From: Octopus sinensis
Taxonomy: Eukaryota
Length of the DNA: 64,000 nucleotides
NCBI RefSeq assembly: GCF_006345805.1
Contig: NC_042997.1
Coordinates: 96,782,001 to 96,846,000, forward strand
Reading direction: 5' to 3'
The notes beneath the pieces were generated by a model that was given only the letters and a program-made list of their open reading frames with translations, searched no databases and had not been told where the DNA came from. The translations under genes were made by a program, and so were the position numbers. Shown piece by piece: positions 39,721 to 53,645 of this stretch (its first letter is position 1; each line of letters begins with the position of its first letter).

Positions 39721-41640
39721 TACGAGAGACTACCAATTTTCCGAATAATTTATCTAATAATTTGTAGCGGATCATAAAAGAAATTCTGAAATTTCCTGTC
39801 ATTATGTAGAAAATATAGGATGCTTTATAACTTATTTATAACCAGTAAAAGGAAAATTTAAACGAAATAAATAGCATAGATACTAAAAAAGAACGATGCC
39901 CCGATATGGCTTTGTAGGTAACAGATAAAACAACATAAATTGTTTGTGTACTAACATTGTTTATTTCGACACTGTTGAGTATAGCTATACATTTTAGCCA
40001 ACACTATATGGAACTAAATTTTAGCCAACATATTGCAGTTGGGTTTTAGTTAACTCAATGTAAGAGACAATAACTCAAAATTGTATATATTTCATTTACT
40101 TCAGACCATGATGATATTTCCTTTCTATTAAGTATCTCTGTATTTCAACAGGATACTCTTCCACTGATGAAATGCCAACACAGAATTAAAGATATACTGC
40201 TTGATTCCTCTTTTTCTCTTTAGTCAAGATATTGCATATACAGGAAAGGTGTTTATATTTTTAATAATATATAGTGTTGGCGAAAATTTATGCATATACT
40301 CTGGAGTATGAAATAACATTAGAACAATCTAAAGATAAAGCACTGAAAAAATCAGAAATAAAACCAACAGATGAGTTTGCAATTCATGCTTTCAAAGCAC
40401 TGCACGAATATCTATGCATGTCTAATCTCTCATTCACCGACTTCTCTTTTTCTTTCTGTAATAGTAATTTATATCTTTATGCATTAATTCTATATGTAAT
40501 CGGACATAAACTTTTTTGTGTATGGCTAATTGAATTACTCTTCCAATTAGATAAGTTTCGAGTTGTTACTCACCAAACAGGAAACTCATGAAATTATGAG
40601 CTAATAAACAAGTACCCATTGCACCTACTACACCTATTAATGTACCTGTTAGTGTACCCAAGCCCCTAACGTACATTTTCGTGTTTTGAATGCTATAGCA
40701 AGGACAGTTGTAAATTAATGAAATTCTTTACATAATTTCTTGCTCCCTTGTTTATTTCATTTTTTATTGTTATGTCGCAAGTTCTGATGCCTTCTACTCA
40801 ACTCTACTCTGCTCTTCTTACCGCTACTCTACCCTGACGTCTAGACTTCTCCCTCTATAGATCTACGTATTGGTCTAGTCTACTTCATTTCTGTGAGCGT
40901 CCACACAACACTTATTACTCGCTGTACTAGACTAACGCTTTATTCCAGAGTATTACTATTGCTATGTTAAAGCGAAATATTAATACACACACATACATAT
41001 TTACATCGGTTAGCTGTTCATTAGTCCGAAAAAGCAAAATTCTAAAGAATCGTTTTGAGCAATAATATTTACTGTTGTTTTAAGTTATAGCCGGTCAGAA
41101 ACTCACCATCGGTTTCGTGTCTTTTACGCTCTTAATCATACAGGCCTGCTAATCGGAAGGTCATGACTTCTTTACTAAAAGCCAGGGTTGTGAGAATCTT
41201 CGAAGCTGGTTTAGGGACGTTCATTAAAATATTTCTAAACTCAGTGCACAGCTAAATGAAAGCCTTAAGTTGCGTCTATTAAATAATCGTCTGTAGTTAT
41301 GGGATTGCATGAAATGCTTGTACCCTAGTGGAAGGAAAATGCTTTCCACGCAGGTCTTGGCATCGAATGAGAACAGGGGGGAAAATCAAGTGACCTTACC
41401 GTGGCGCTTTCTTATGAGGGTGTTGGGTCCCAGCATAAAGAAAATGCAATTCTGAAACTCGCTGGCTGCCAAAGCCACGTTGTTATATCTATTCGACGAC
41501 AGATTGAAAACCTTCTTACTGATAGCCTTCACCAGGTTGTTCCGCACAATATGTCGGTGAAGATTAAAATACATGAACTATTGTATTGTATTAGAATAAT
41601 AAAATACAAGAACTACGTGCATATATATATTATATATATA

Positions 41641-41673
<33 letters not shown>

Positions 41674-41937
41674 AATGTATGCATGTATATATGATGTATA
41701 TATATAATGTATATATATACACATATATATATATATATGCATATATATACATATATATATATATGCATACATATATATATAGGATATTGGAATATTGCAT
41801 ATATACCATTATGCCTGTAAAACGGATTTACAAATTCAATACCCATACATATCTTACATCTATTTTCTTCCCTCCACCTCACTCTTTATTTTGTATCACA
41901 TAGAAACTAACTATGACTTAATTTTTCCTCTTACACC

Positions 41938-41989
41938 GTCTCCGATGAAGGGATATTATTACTTAATATCCTAGAAACAGCTGTAAGAC
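41938..41989 (+). ncRNA. Minimal type I hammerhead-like motif (U4C core variant)
   Basis: gtct-CCGATGA-a-gggatatt..aatatcct-a-GAAAC-agct-GTA-agac; palindromic ACAGCTGT; lies in a ~440-bp segment between (TA)n tracts. Confidence 0.65.
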
Positions 41990-42212
41990 TTTCTATCTAT
42001 AAATGCTCTAATATCTATACAACCTTGGTTTTTTATCTTATTACGCAAAAGTTCTTATATACATAAGCTAACATAGAACCAACGTTGAACTCTTTATTCG
42101 CAATATTACCGAATCTGGAACTTAACTATGGTCTTTCTATAGCACTTATTCAGCATTACCTGACACCTTTGGGTCTCAATGACACCATTATCTCTTATAA
42201 CCTCAACTTCTC

Positions 42213-42281
<69 letters not shown>

Positions 42282-43329
42282 CGAGAGAGAGAGACATATG
42301 TACACATATGTACATATATAGAGGGCGACAGATACATACATATTGATGAATATATAATGTCTGAAAATATGTACATGTAGATGTGTGAATGTGTAAATGT
42401 GTGTGTGAGAGAGATAGAGAGAGAGAGAGAGAGAAAGAAAGAAAGAGAGAAAGTGAAAGACAGAGAGAGAATAACATACAAATGATTACAATTAAATGTA
42501 GAATTCAATAATATTTTGTATTCTTCATTTATTGGTATGTTCTTTTTGAAAGATTTAATAAGAACACAAATGTTTCCTGAATTCAGTTTACAATTCACCA
42601 ATAACCCCTTTGACTAACATTATGTTGCTAATATTGCTGATGTTATCGTGTCGTTTAGCTAAGATATAATCGATTCAGCTATAAGAAATGAATGTTTTTG
42701 TATCCAAATTACCACGTTAAATTGTTATATCCAAACCGAGCTTTGAGAAGTATTATAGTTTTGTACTTTAAATGTTCAATTCAATAATTTTTGGCGTATA
42801 AACTTTTCAAAAAAATATTATAGATAGTTTCTTGATTTTCAAAAAACAGCTGCTATATCTACCTTTAACACGCCGTATTACCATCGCATTCAGAGCGACG
42901 GAAATAATACGACGTCGTATTTGTTCTGATTTACTGTTTTCTGAGTGCAGAAATTTTATCAATGTTACCTAGACATTTTACTTAACAAATTTAAGTAAAC
43001 TAATCATACATTGTCTTATCTTCGGATAATCATGATTTCATTCTAATATTGAAATATTTTCTCTGGACATTCTTTTCTTCACCCAGCCATCTTTTTTGTC
43101 TCTTAAATACCAATACAAAACATTTATCATAATCGCTTTGTTGAACAAATAATATGCAAATTGCTTTTGAATTTTCACATAGAATCAAGAACCGATTACT
43201 TTCTTGCTTCAGAACAATTCAATCCATTTTATCAATTATTTTAACTCTATCAACTACAAACTCGAGCATCTTTTCTCCAATTTGATTCTAAATGATGTCT
43301 TTACTTTTGCATATACCAGCATTACAATA

Positions 43330-44330
43330 GAGTCAACAGATATGGAATCATCTGGGCAAGTATTTAGATTGTCTACTTCAAGAAACTTTGGATTAAAAAA
43401 TAGAAATAAATCGAAAATTTACACGTCACAATTGGATCAAAAGGTGTGACCGAAATTAGCAAAGAGATTGAACTACATATATTACAGTTGTATCAGTCGG
43501 CGTATATAGAGATGATGGCCATATTATTTTTCCTTACTTCAAGTGAAAAAAAAAATAGGATAAATTTATGAAGGATTGCACATATCTTGTAAAATGTGTT
43601 TAAAACTCAATTTGTACACACTGACAAATAATCAGTTTCTTCGATATTGCCATAAAGTTAATGACTTGATCAACTGCACATACAAGACAGTTACTGATCA
43701 AAAGTTATCAACGTAATCAGACAACTTGAAAACTTCTATCACTATAACGAGGCATCAAATAGGCGGTTTCAAAACAGAGATTAGTATTTCAATAAATTCA
43801 TCACACAAGCTAAGTGAAAAACATAAATTTAAACTGAATGGTATAATTCACCAATCGATCTGGAATCTGAAAACTTATCGCAAACCTATCATAACACGCG
43901 TAAGATCACTCGGTTTCAATTACCCTAGCAAAAACATATACTCTGTAGTAGGAAAATATTTTAACAAATGCTATAGTGTATAATGCAACATTTAAACCTA
44001 AGCCTTTATTCTCCTGTAAAAGCACTCTTTCTCATACTCTTCACATATATGGCTGATGGCAAACATATTATAAATCGCTCCACTCGCTACAACCAATCAT
44101 TGAATATCGTAAATGAAACGAGTGTAACATAACTATCTGAATAAGTATGTCGTCTAAACTTCTACATCATAGACAACATTACTCGGAATATCCTTTCAAA
44201 AGACAAACCTTATTAAGTCATGAAATTTACATGGCAATGCTTCTCTTACGAAACACCATTCTCTAAATTCAAACAATTAAATCAATAAATATTCTGAATG
44301 AATACCTTCCTATAAAGTTTGAGCATACAA
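43330..44330 (+). mobile_element. Decayed Penelope-like element (RT to endonuclease)
   Basis: VGVYRDDG (~43495), SFFDIAIKL and RKITRFNYP resemble PLE GLYRDDG, VNFLD.T.L and R.IIWFNPP motifs; many stops. Confidence 0.5.
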
Positions 44331-44476
44331 AACCCTACTGCGTTATACGCAATTAAATTTAGTAACATGATAATTTCCCTTAAACTTAAATCTCATTTAA
44401 TATGTATATATGCCTAAATGGGTTGACGCATAGTTATACAGATATACATATTTACACTAAGATATATCTGATTTCA

Positions 44477-44538
<62 letters not shown>

Positions 44539-44954
44539 ATATATATTTTTAAATATATATATATATATACATATAGTGCATGCGTGTGTGAGTATATAAC
44601 GTTGTGTTTGTGTATGTGTGCGTATGTGTGTGTGTGTAAACCTAAACTACAAGTAAAATAAAAGCAACGAGTGTCAAGAGGTCGTATACAGTGATTGTAT
44701 TAACTTGACGATTTTAAACAATAAACGTTCCATCTACAACAGAAAATTATACCAAAATACAGACTATCATACTCAAACGATGTCTCAGCACGCGAAGTCA
44801 TGTCAATATGATTCAAGTTATAGTATAGTATCTACTAAGTTAAAGTGTAGTATCTACAAAGAGTACTAAGTAAAAGTAAACGTTTAATTTAATGGGAAAA
44901 TGTTTATCATAAATTAACATAACAAACATTATTATATATATATACACACACACA

Positions 44955-44996
<42 letters not shown>

Positions 44997-46145
44997 TGCA
45001 GCGTGGAAGGTGTTTATAAGCCATTTAAGAAACACACAAAAGCCGTTCGATTCACTTCAACATTTAAGTTTAATTTGTCAAAATATTTTCGTCGCTAAAA
45101 TCCGCGACCTGTTCACTGACAAAGTCCGTGCTGCATCTAAGAAAGTACAGTTAGTTCGTCATATATATGTACGTATGTATGTGTGTACGTATGCATACAT
45201 GTGTGTATGTATGTACGTATGCATGTACCACATACGCCTGTGTATGCATGTATGTATGTATGTATGTATGTATGTATTTATGTATGTATGTATGTGTGTG
45301 TATATGCACGCACATACACTCTATAAAACATAAAGCTATAAACCTGTAGCGATGGATGGATGTAGAGTGACCACTCATCACACAGCTATCAAATTTCAAC
45401 TTCCTACGGCCGAAGCTAGAAAGTGATTTATGACGCTTACTCCAAAAACTATACCCTAAAATCTATTATCAGATTTTTATCTCTATATCACAGAACTATT
45501 GTTTTACTATTGTGCGTATGTATGTATGTATGTGCGTATGTATGTATGCATGTATGTATGTATGTATGTATGTATGTATGTGTGTATGTATGTGTGTATG
45601 TACATACGTACGCATGTGCGTATGTATGTATACGCGCTCGTGTGCATGTGCCCATGTATGTGTGTGCGTACATGTACGTGCGTATGTACGTATGTATGCC
45701 CATACGTAGGTATGTATGTATGTTTGTATTCATGTGCTACGTATGTATGTGAGTGTCTAGGAGAATGGGCAGATGTGTCTGTGAGAGTGTGTACATGTGT
45801 ATGTGTATGTGAACGTATGTCCGTGTACTGGCATGTGTCCGTCCAAGTTGTGTACATGACTGTTACTTTGCTGAAGGTTGTATACATATTTACATATATG
45901 TTTGTATAGACGCACACACACATATATATATGTGTGTGGGTGTGTGTGTGTTTGTTCCTCTCATCATCGTCTAACCGTGAATGGATACAACGCCTAGGTG
46001 CAACTGTTCGTATCAAACAACGTCTGCTCATACCGTTGTATATAACTGCACATACGCGTTGCAACCCGTATGTAAGGACTACAGGTAAAAGGGAGAGAGA
46101 GAGAGGGGTGGTTATAGAATAGTCCTTTTGAATGGGATCTGGATG

Positions 46146-47500
46146 TTATTCCATTCGGACTTTCGGTTGAGAGTAGGTTTGTATTCTTGTATACAAACAG
46201 CTTCTGTGACCTGTCTCAACATTGCATCGGTGGGGTGTGTTGATCCTTAGCTCCCCTAAGGATCCCTTGTGGCAGTCTACAGCATGTTGGTAGAAGATGG
46301 AGTTTGGCTTTCTTTCAATATAGTTGTCCAGGTGTTCTTTGAACCTATCATTGATGCTTCTAGAGGTCTCACCTATGTATGACTCTGGGTTAGTCGCGCA
46401 AGCTCCCTCCTGGCACTTAATCTGGTATACAGTGCCCTTGGTTTTACAATTTACATGTGGATTTGTCGAACATACTGCACAATTACTTTGACAGGTGATT
46501 CTATCAAATGGATATGATCTGCATAATGCCGATTTGATAGTCCTACCTGTCTTTTCTACAACTTTAACTTTTAGGCCCGTAGTGCGCAGGACTTTCTTGA
46601 ATGCCTTACTTAGCTCGTTCTTAGGTGTGGCGTCAACGAACATCACTCCGTGAAATCTCCTGTTATCGTACCAAGTAACGTTTCTCATCTTTTTGTTGGT
46701 GTCCCTCTCTAACCTATTCCAAAACTTGTTGCGGTACAGGGGCATATACCGTTTTCGTCGTTCCTTAGAATGCGTTCGAATCTAGCTTTCGCTCCTTTGT
46801 ACACCCTGACTCTATCGTCTTGTGTGTATCCGGAGCGTTGCATTCGGAATATGTAGTGCTGGATGTGTTGTTGTCGTTCTTGTGGTTGGCATAGTGGTGA
46901 TACATTCCTCATTACTCTAACTAAGTCTGCCACTATGATGTTGAGTTTGGCAGTATCCGACATAGCTGAGTCCCCACGGATTACTAGTGGATTAGCCATC
47001 GGTTTCTGATAGTGTGAGTGGAGTATACATGGTTTAATGGTACCATTAACCATAGCATCTTCCATCCATAGCTCAGTATTTAGGACGGGTAATCGTTTAC
47101 TGGGGTGTTTAGAGGGGTAGTCTATGGTAAGTTTTATACTGCTGTGGATAGAGTCAGCTATGTGTTGTATAGATGTCATCACCTGTTCTTCACTGGTAGA
47201 GGGCCCATAACTGTGTCTGTATTATATTTCACAACAAGGTTAATGTCGTCGACGTAACGAGAGTACATAGCCAAGTGGATGTTACGGTTTGCTAGGCACT
47301 GTTTAAAACGCTTGTCCCACCATACCATGAAGAGGTTAGCAACGTCACCGGCGATCCCCACTCCAATAGCACCGCGCTTTCGTTTGCTTATACAGTTTGT
47401 TGTCAATTTAAAAATATGTGTTTTTAGCGTAAATCTCAGGCTGACACCGATAGCATGTGCGATGGTGGTTCTAATATCGTGTGCACTTGAGGGTGGGTAG
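46146..47500 (-). mobile_element. 5'-truncated Penelope-like element: RT plus GIY-YIG endonuclease (frameshifted)
   Basis: GAIGVGIAGDVANLFMVWWD, YSRYVDD, HSHYQKPMAN, MQRSGY, C.VC...NCKTKGTVYQIKC, SYIGETSRSINDRFKEH in ORFs 47179-47406, 46709-47182 and 46146-46745. Confidence 0.92.
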
Positions 47501-47506
47501 TCCGGC

Positions 47507-47557
<51 letters not shown>

Positions 47558-48185
47558 GTAGGTATGTATGTATATATGTATGTATGTATGTATGTAGGTA
47601 TGTATGTATGTATAATGAAACATAGGCGTAAAGCAGTGTTTAGGCATGAGCAGAATTTAGGTTAGTTAAAATGTTTTGACATTGAAGTATGTGACAACAT
47701 ATTTCAGCTAACCTATATGTGTGTGTTCGTGTGTGTGTGTGTGAGTATGAATATATATATATATATATAATATATAATATATATATATATATAATATATA
47801 TATATACATTATAATTGCATGTTACATGGTGTATACATGTATATGCGTGTTTTACATAGATTCACGTGAATATTTATATAAATCTCTCTCTCTCCATATA
47901 TATATATATATGGTCACGTGGGAACCACGTGAGCAAGGGAGGAGGAGTGAGGGACAGAGAGTGACAGAGTAATAGCATAGAATAGTGGGAGAAGGAGAGG
48001 TAAAAGTATAACAGAGAGAAAAAGAGAGAAAAACGAAAGAGTAAAAAGATCGTATAGAGTGCGCATCAGAATTATTAAGATAAAACTTTCTTTGAAGAGG
48101 ATGCATGGTTTTCAATCATATAATGATATAAATAATCCATAAATATATGTGCATATATACATACATATATGTACATACATCTATA

Positions 48186-48242
<57 letters not shown>

Positions 48243-48347
48243 TATAAATAATGAGGGAGATAAATTAATATTAATTTTAATATCAATTTAAAACCAGTAG
48301 TCCAGCATACAGAAAATCTGAGAAGTCAGAGAAAATTCTAATATATG

Positions 48348-48663
48348 TATATTGGCAGGGCTTACTGCTAGGGAGTCGGCCGTATGCTAGAAATAGACCA
48401 TCAACGATCAAACTACAAGGAAATTCTCTAGAGGAAAAATACAGCGAACACCAGAACCAAATTTGGCGGGCAGGACAGATAAAAATTTATAAAAATTTAT
48501 ATAAAAAACAGAATTAAATGTTTTTTATATAAATTTTTATCTGTCCTGCCCGCCAAATTTGGTTCTGGTGTTCGCTGTATTTTTCCTGTAGAGAATTTCC
48601 TTGTAGTTTGATCGTTGATGGTCTATTTCTAGCATACGGCCGACTCCCTAGCAGTAAGCCCTG

Positions 48664-48671
<8 letters not shown>
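48348..48671. repeat. Near-perfect palindrome (~155-bp arms) between (TA)n tracts
   Basis: attggcagggcttactgctaggg... and ...ccctagcagtaagccctgccaat; short AT-rich spacer at ~48510. Confidence 0.9.
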
Positions 48672-48725
<54 letters not shown>

Positions 48726-48727
<2 letters not shown>

Positions 48728-49371
48728 AGTTTAACAATTAAGGATAACTCTTAATAAGGGATTTTAACAAGAATTATCGGGTAGTTAGCGTGAAAACCTC
48801 ATAAAAGAAAAGAATTCGAAAATAATTTTTTTTTTTTTTCCTTTTGAACAAATTAATTATATCTATATTGTATAGAGGGCATTATTACACATAAATGCCT
48901 CACACTAAGAGGGACAAAGTCATTACTACCAAAATTATACTAATCATACCTAAATGCAGTTTTTCAAAGCAAGACATTTAAAAAATGAATTTAGTTCTGA
49001 GGTTATCCTTAATTGTTAAACTTATTCCGAAATACTTTTCATTACCCGACATGCAGTTCGTAAAAAGCCCGCCATTTACCGGATATATGATTTATAAACA
49101 TTCCATGTGCTTGGCCGGAGTGGGCAGTTGGTTGTTCGTCTTCGCTACGTAAGATTGGTAGTTTATTTATGATGTGTTCAGAATCAGTTCTGCTGAGGAT
49201 CATAAGACGTAAGTTGAATGTGAAATCACGGTGATACAGAACTAAATTCATTTTTTAAATGTCTTGCTTTGAAAAACTGCATTTAGGTATGATTAGTATA
49301 ATTTTGGTAGTAATGACTTTGTCCCTCTTAGTGTGAGGCATTTATGTGTAATAATGCCCTCTATACAATAT
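48726..49371. mobile_element. Head-to-head inverted HHR unit (~488 nt, homologous to the 23.7-24.9 kb family) between (TA)n tracts
   Basis: Minus arm 48726-48999 and plus arm 49000-49371; shares tagcgtgaaaacctcata, aagagggaca and aagacatttaaaaaat with the 24-kb unit. Confidence 0.88.
49186..49243 (+). ncRNA. Type I hammerhead ribozyme
   Basis: agttctg-CTGAGGA-(stem II with GTAA loop)-GAAA-tcac g gtga-TA-cagaact; 7-bp stem I. Confidence 0.75.
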
Positions 49372-49488
49372 ACCTATATATTATATATATTAATATATAT
49401 ATATATATACATACATACTTACATACATACATACATCAATACATAAATTACATACATACACATACAAACAAACAAACAACAATCATGC

Positions 49489-49537
<49 letters not shown>

Positions 49538-49539
49538 AA

Positions 49540-49860
49540 TGAGGGTGAAAAATTGATTTTAATTTAATAATATACCATTAATTTAACACTGAGTGGCTTA
49601 GCACAAAAAAACTACGGAGAAAATACAAATTTATACATAAATTTAGAGAGTTAACCACTCTAGTGCTAAAATAGCCCCGATAGTACAGCCACAGAAAAAG
49701 ATGTTTTCATTAGAAATAACATACATTTAACGGAAGGAAAGTGAAATATAAGGAATAAATAGATTGACCCTGAACAAATTGTTTCATTACTAATGGCTGT
49801 ACTATCGGGGCTATTTTTAGCACTAGAGTTATCCACATAGTGGTTAACTCTCTAATAATT

Positions 49861-49862
<2 letters not shown>
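49540..49862. repeat. Segment between (TA)n tracts with a ~55-bp internal inverted repeat
   Basis: tagagagttaaccactctagtgctaaaatagccccgatagtacagcca (~49640) and its reverse complement (~49793-49855). Confidence 0.7.
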
Positions 49863-49892
<30 letters not shown>

Positions 49893-49894
49893 AG

Positions 49895-50345
49895 AAAGTA
49901 ACTTCGATTTGTTCGTGTTAATAATAGTTGGGTCTTTTTTCATACAAAGAATGAACTTGAATCAATTGTACAATTTCCATTTTGTTTGATGACCCTTTGC
50001 CATCTTTCTGGCAACGTCATGATTCTGCGCTAATGGAACGTCTGATCTTCTCAACGAAAACTGAAGTGCGATTTCAGGTTGCCATAATTATTGAAATTTC
50101 TACCATTCATGATTTTGCAAATTTCGAAATAAGTGGTAATCTGATGGTGCAAAATCGGGGCTATACGGCGGATGTGACATCACGTCACAGCCATGCTCCA
50201 ATAATTTTTTCACGAGTTAGCAAAGACGTGTGATCGAGCGTTGTCACGGTGGAACCCGATTTTTTTACGATTTGTCAATCCTGCCAGTTTCATTAGTTGT
50301 TGACTGGAAACATCTGAATTGATCGTTTGGTTCCTTGGAAGCAGC
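49895..50345 (-). mobile_element. Mariner transposase C-terminal remnant (DD34D)
   Basis: Minus strand FHRDNARSH...HPPYSPDFAPSDYHLF...LPERWQRVIKQNG. Confidence 0.85.
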
Positions 50346-50449
50346 TCCAAGTACACAATCATATATACATGTATGTATATATATAAATATATATACTATT
50401 TAGGGGAAGGGGTATGACCTCCGATTAGTTACTCAAAAAATACATTTCA

Positions 50450-51711
50450 GTTTCTTTGCACCTTATGTAACCCATTTCAGTTTCTTTGCACCTTATGTAA
50501 CCTTATGTATCTCCATATTGTACGGTACTCCATTCCCAGCTTTGTTTGGAATTTTCTATTTGCTGCTTCAGCATGGCTATTTGTTCAGTCTTCCCCGAAC
50601 AACGTCCTCTCGGAAACATTCCACATTTCATGGGGGAAGAGTAAATGTCTTCTACTATTTCCCCATCGGCTTCGTCTTCCAATATTGGTATATTCGAACC
50701 AATCCAGCTGTGCTGCAAGTTCTTCACACATATCTGCAGAGAGGGCGTCAATATATGTATCAATATGTGGAACAGGAACATATGGTAAACTGAATATCAT
50801 CTTGGCTTTTAGTACAAAGGTAGCATCATTGTTTTGTATAGAAGTATAACTTATGGCAGATAACTTTATGTTCATACTTTGTGCTAAATGAAATAAACAT
50901 CCATTTATTTCAACTTCTGAAAAAGCTTCGTTCATGGTTTTAAAGACTGCGTGTTTAAAGTCGCAAATAGTAGATGTTAGGCTTAGTGTTGGCTCGGCTT
51001 CTTTAAACATTTCAAACCTATTTGCATAAGTTAATCGCTGCTTGTTTGGCAAAAGAGTATAGATAGCCAGGATAACACCATCTAATTTCTTTGAAAGAAT
51101 AATGTAAACTTGTGAAAATAATCTTGGTGCTATTTTAAAAGTTCCATCGGCATTCCAAGTATCAGATAAACATAAATGCTGCAGCCAACTTTCTCTCTTG
51201 AAAAGCAAAATTCTATGTAGTCCAGAACAACTATCACCGATCAGGAAATTTTCTTTTCTTCCTTCCTCAGAAATGTAAATTCTGTACTGGTGCAGCAACT
51301 CTAACTCTTGAAAATCTACAGAACTGGGAGGTAGGGTGCTTAAGTCTCTCCTTTTGTGTTTTGTAGTTTTCCTCATTGCTGAAGCATCTGGCAATGATTC
51401 AAGTGTGACTTGAGATGTATTTGTTAATATTTCACCGACGACTGCACTTGGCGTTTCAACGGTGTCTTCGATACGACATCTCAAGGCTGTGTGCACTTTA
51501 GCCACTTCTATATTAACTGCAGACGAATTATGGGGATGCGCGTTTACTTTCTTGATAAGTGTACCGAAGTTGATATGAATCCTTGCATTGCACCTAGAAC
51601 CTTGATCACAACACCAAAATTGTATATTGTCACTCTTACAAAACTTATCAAATACAATAAATGTTCTTCGTCTGCAATTTTTTCTTTTCCTCTTTGGCTA
51701 AGAATTTCCAT
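50450..51711 (-). pseudogene. Mutator-like (MULE) transposase with FLYWCH-type N-terminus, degenerate
   Basis: MEILSQRGKEK..FDK..FWCCD..C.AR.H..HPH (frameshifted); DGTFKIAPRLFSQVY, LLPNK..TY, CDF..A, GCLFHLAQ, RTN..AEA in and after ORF 50585-51505. Confidence 0.85.
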
Positions 51712-52012
51712 TTTGGATCTGAAGAAAAAATTCAATATATATTTGCGAATCCAACTTTCAAAATGTCTACCTCTTAATGTCGATCTCAAGAGCTGTAGCT
51801 GCCAACATCGGTGGAAAAACATGAATTCTTGATTTTCCTTCTTTGAATGGTTTAGAGCAACCTAAATACATTCGACACAAACTAAATAGGCCGTTATGAC
51901 CAATAAATTGCTGTGACAAACTGCTAAATTGAAATTGAAGAATCTTGGGCCGATCATGAATCAAGCAAATCATTGTTCCGTGACGCACACGCACGCACAC
52001 ACACACATACAT

Positions 52013-52085
<73 letters not shown>

Positions 52086-52239
52086 CATTTATAAATTACT
52101 TGCAAAAGTTCTGCATTTTTTATTTATTCAAGCCTTGTATTAAGATGAATCTTTTTTATACATTTCTGATAATGTTATAAAACGAATAAATTATTTATTA
52201 ATCGATTTATTAATCAATTATTTATTAATCAATTCATAA

Positions 52240-53645
52240 AGCGAGTGTGAAATCTTATCAGCAATTATCTATGCACGTTTTTCCCTTCCACTTCAACTTC
52301 AGTGGTAAAATGAAACAAAAACTGGCCACCAAGCAAACAGTGTAGTGCTCGTCCTGGATTAGACCTGGAAATTTTCTGGAAATTCCGCCTACTTCAATCA
52401 TAACTTTGGTTTCATTTATTTTTCCATCAAACAAAAGACAGGAGAGCCCTCCTGATTCTTTTTCATGCTGATCAGATATCTCACTCATTACTTTTCTTTT
52501 TCTAGCGTATTATGATCTATAACCAAGGATGAGTCTTGACTGTTGAGGCCTGCATCTATCTAAGCGGCAGTGTCAATTTCAGCAGCCTCACGGAGTCCAG
52601 TATGGTGACGAATACTAGCTAATGCAAAGTTTGAAATGTCTCTTGTATTGTATTTTTCTGTTTTTGGTATAGCTTCAGAAGATTCTTTAAAAGTTTCATC
52701 TGACGTTACTTCATTTTCTTCAAAAGAACTATCAAAAAATTCATAAACGTCACAACAGTGCTGTTCTTTCCTTTGCATAACTTCACTCTTCATTTTCTCT
52801 TTCTCTTCCCTCTCTCTGACAAGGTCTTCCCTTTTTTCAGTAGAAATCTGTCTCTTACTTTCTTTATAATCAGTTGAGCCGATTTGCATACTGCCTTGGC
52901 CTCCTGCCTTTGTCCTCCGTGAGGTTATGAAATCTAGCTATAGAAAAGGTATTTTCATTTCACAAGGGCAACAACAGTCTATGCGGGAATGATTTCCTCT
53001 CTTAACAGTGGGAGAACAATCCTCATTTGAACACAAAACTATGGAACACTTGCAGTTCAAAATATTGAACAGTGTATCAAGTGAGTGTAGAAAAGCATTT
53101 TTCATTGCCAAGTTTCTTTTACCAAGTGATCTGTATACTGCTTTCCGCCACAATCCCATTAGTCTAAGCTCAATTACTCGACACTTTATGATCACTGACG
53201 GTTTGAATTGAGGATTAGCGTTTGTCCACTGGCACAACCCAAGTCTTAAAATGCCTCTCACTATTGGAAGTTCTGATACAGGAAGCTCTTTCCCTGTACC
53301 AATTAACGTGGACTCTAGTCTTTAGCGTTGACATCTTGTGAATATCTGAAAAGAGTAAAAATTCATTTAACCAATTCATTTAACCAAGTAAAAGATAATA
53401 TAAGATTCATTTAACCAATTAAAATAAAATATAAGAGTAGTTGAGTTTAATCAGTTTTCCATATAAATTTTCAGTTACTGATTTAAAACAACACCATTTT
53501 GAAAATTTAGGATAAAATTGATGTAGGGTAGAGTTATTTTAATCCATTTTGGTATATATATATCTGAAATCTGAAAGTAAAAAGGCACCATAATTTCACA
53601 ACCAAATTAGACTTTTAGTAAGTTATTAAAATTGACACACCCTAA
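52240..53645 (-). mobile_element. hAT-superfamily (hATm-like) transposon 5' part
   Basis: Terminus TTAGGGTG at 53645; ATG at 53334; LIGTGKELP.SELP, LDTLFNILNCKC, CPCEMKIP, MQIGSTD.KE, CLLFDGK...EHYTVC. The subgroup call is from recall. Confidence 0.6.

Noticed and set aside
50446-50502. ~30-bp tandem duplication at the MULE 3' end
   Set aside because: Simple local slippage within a dead transposase
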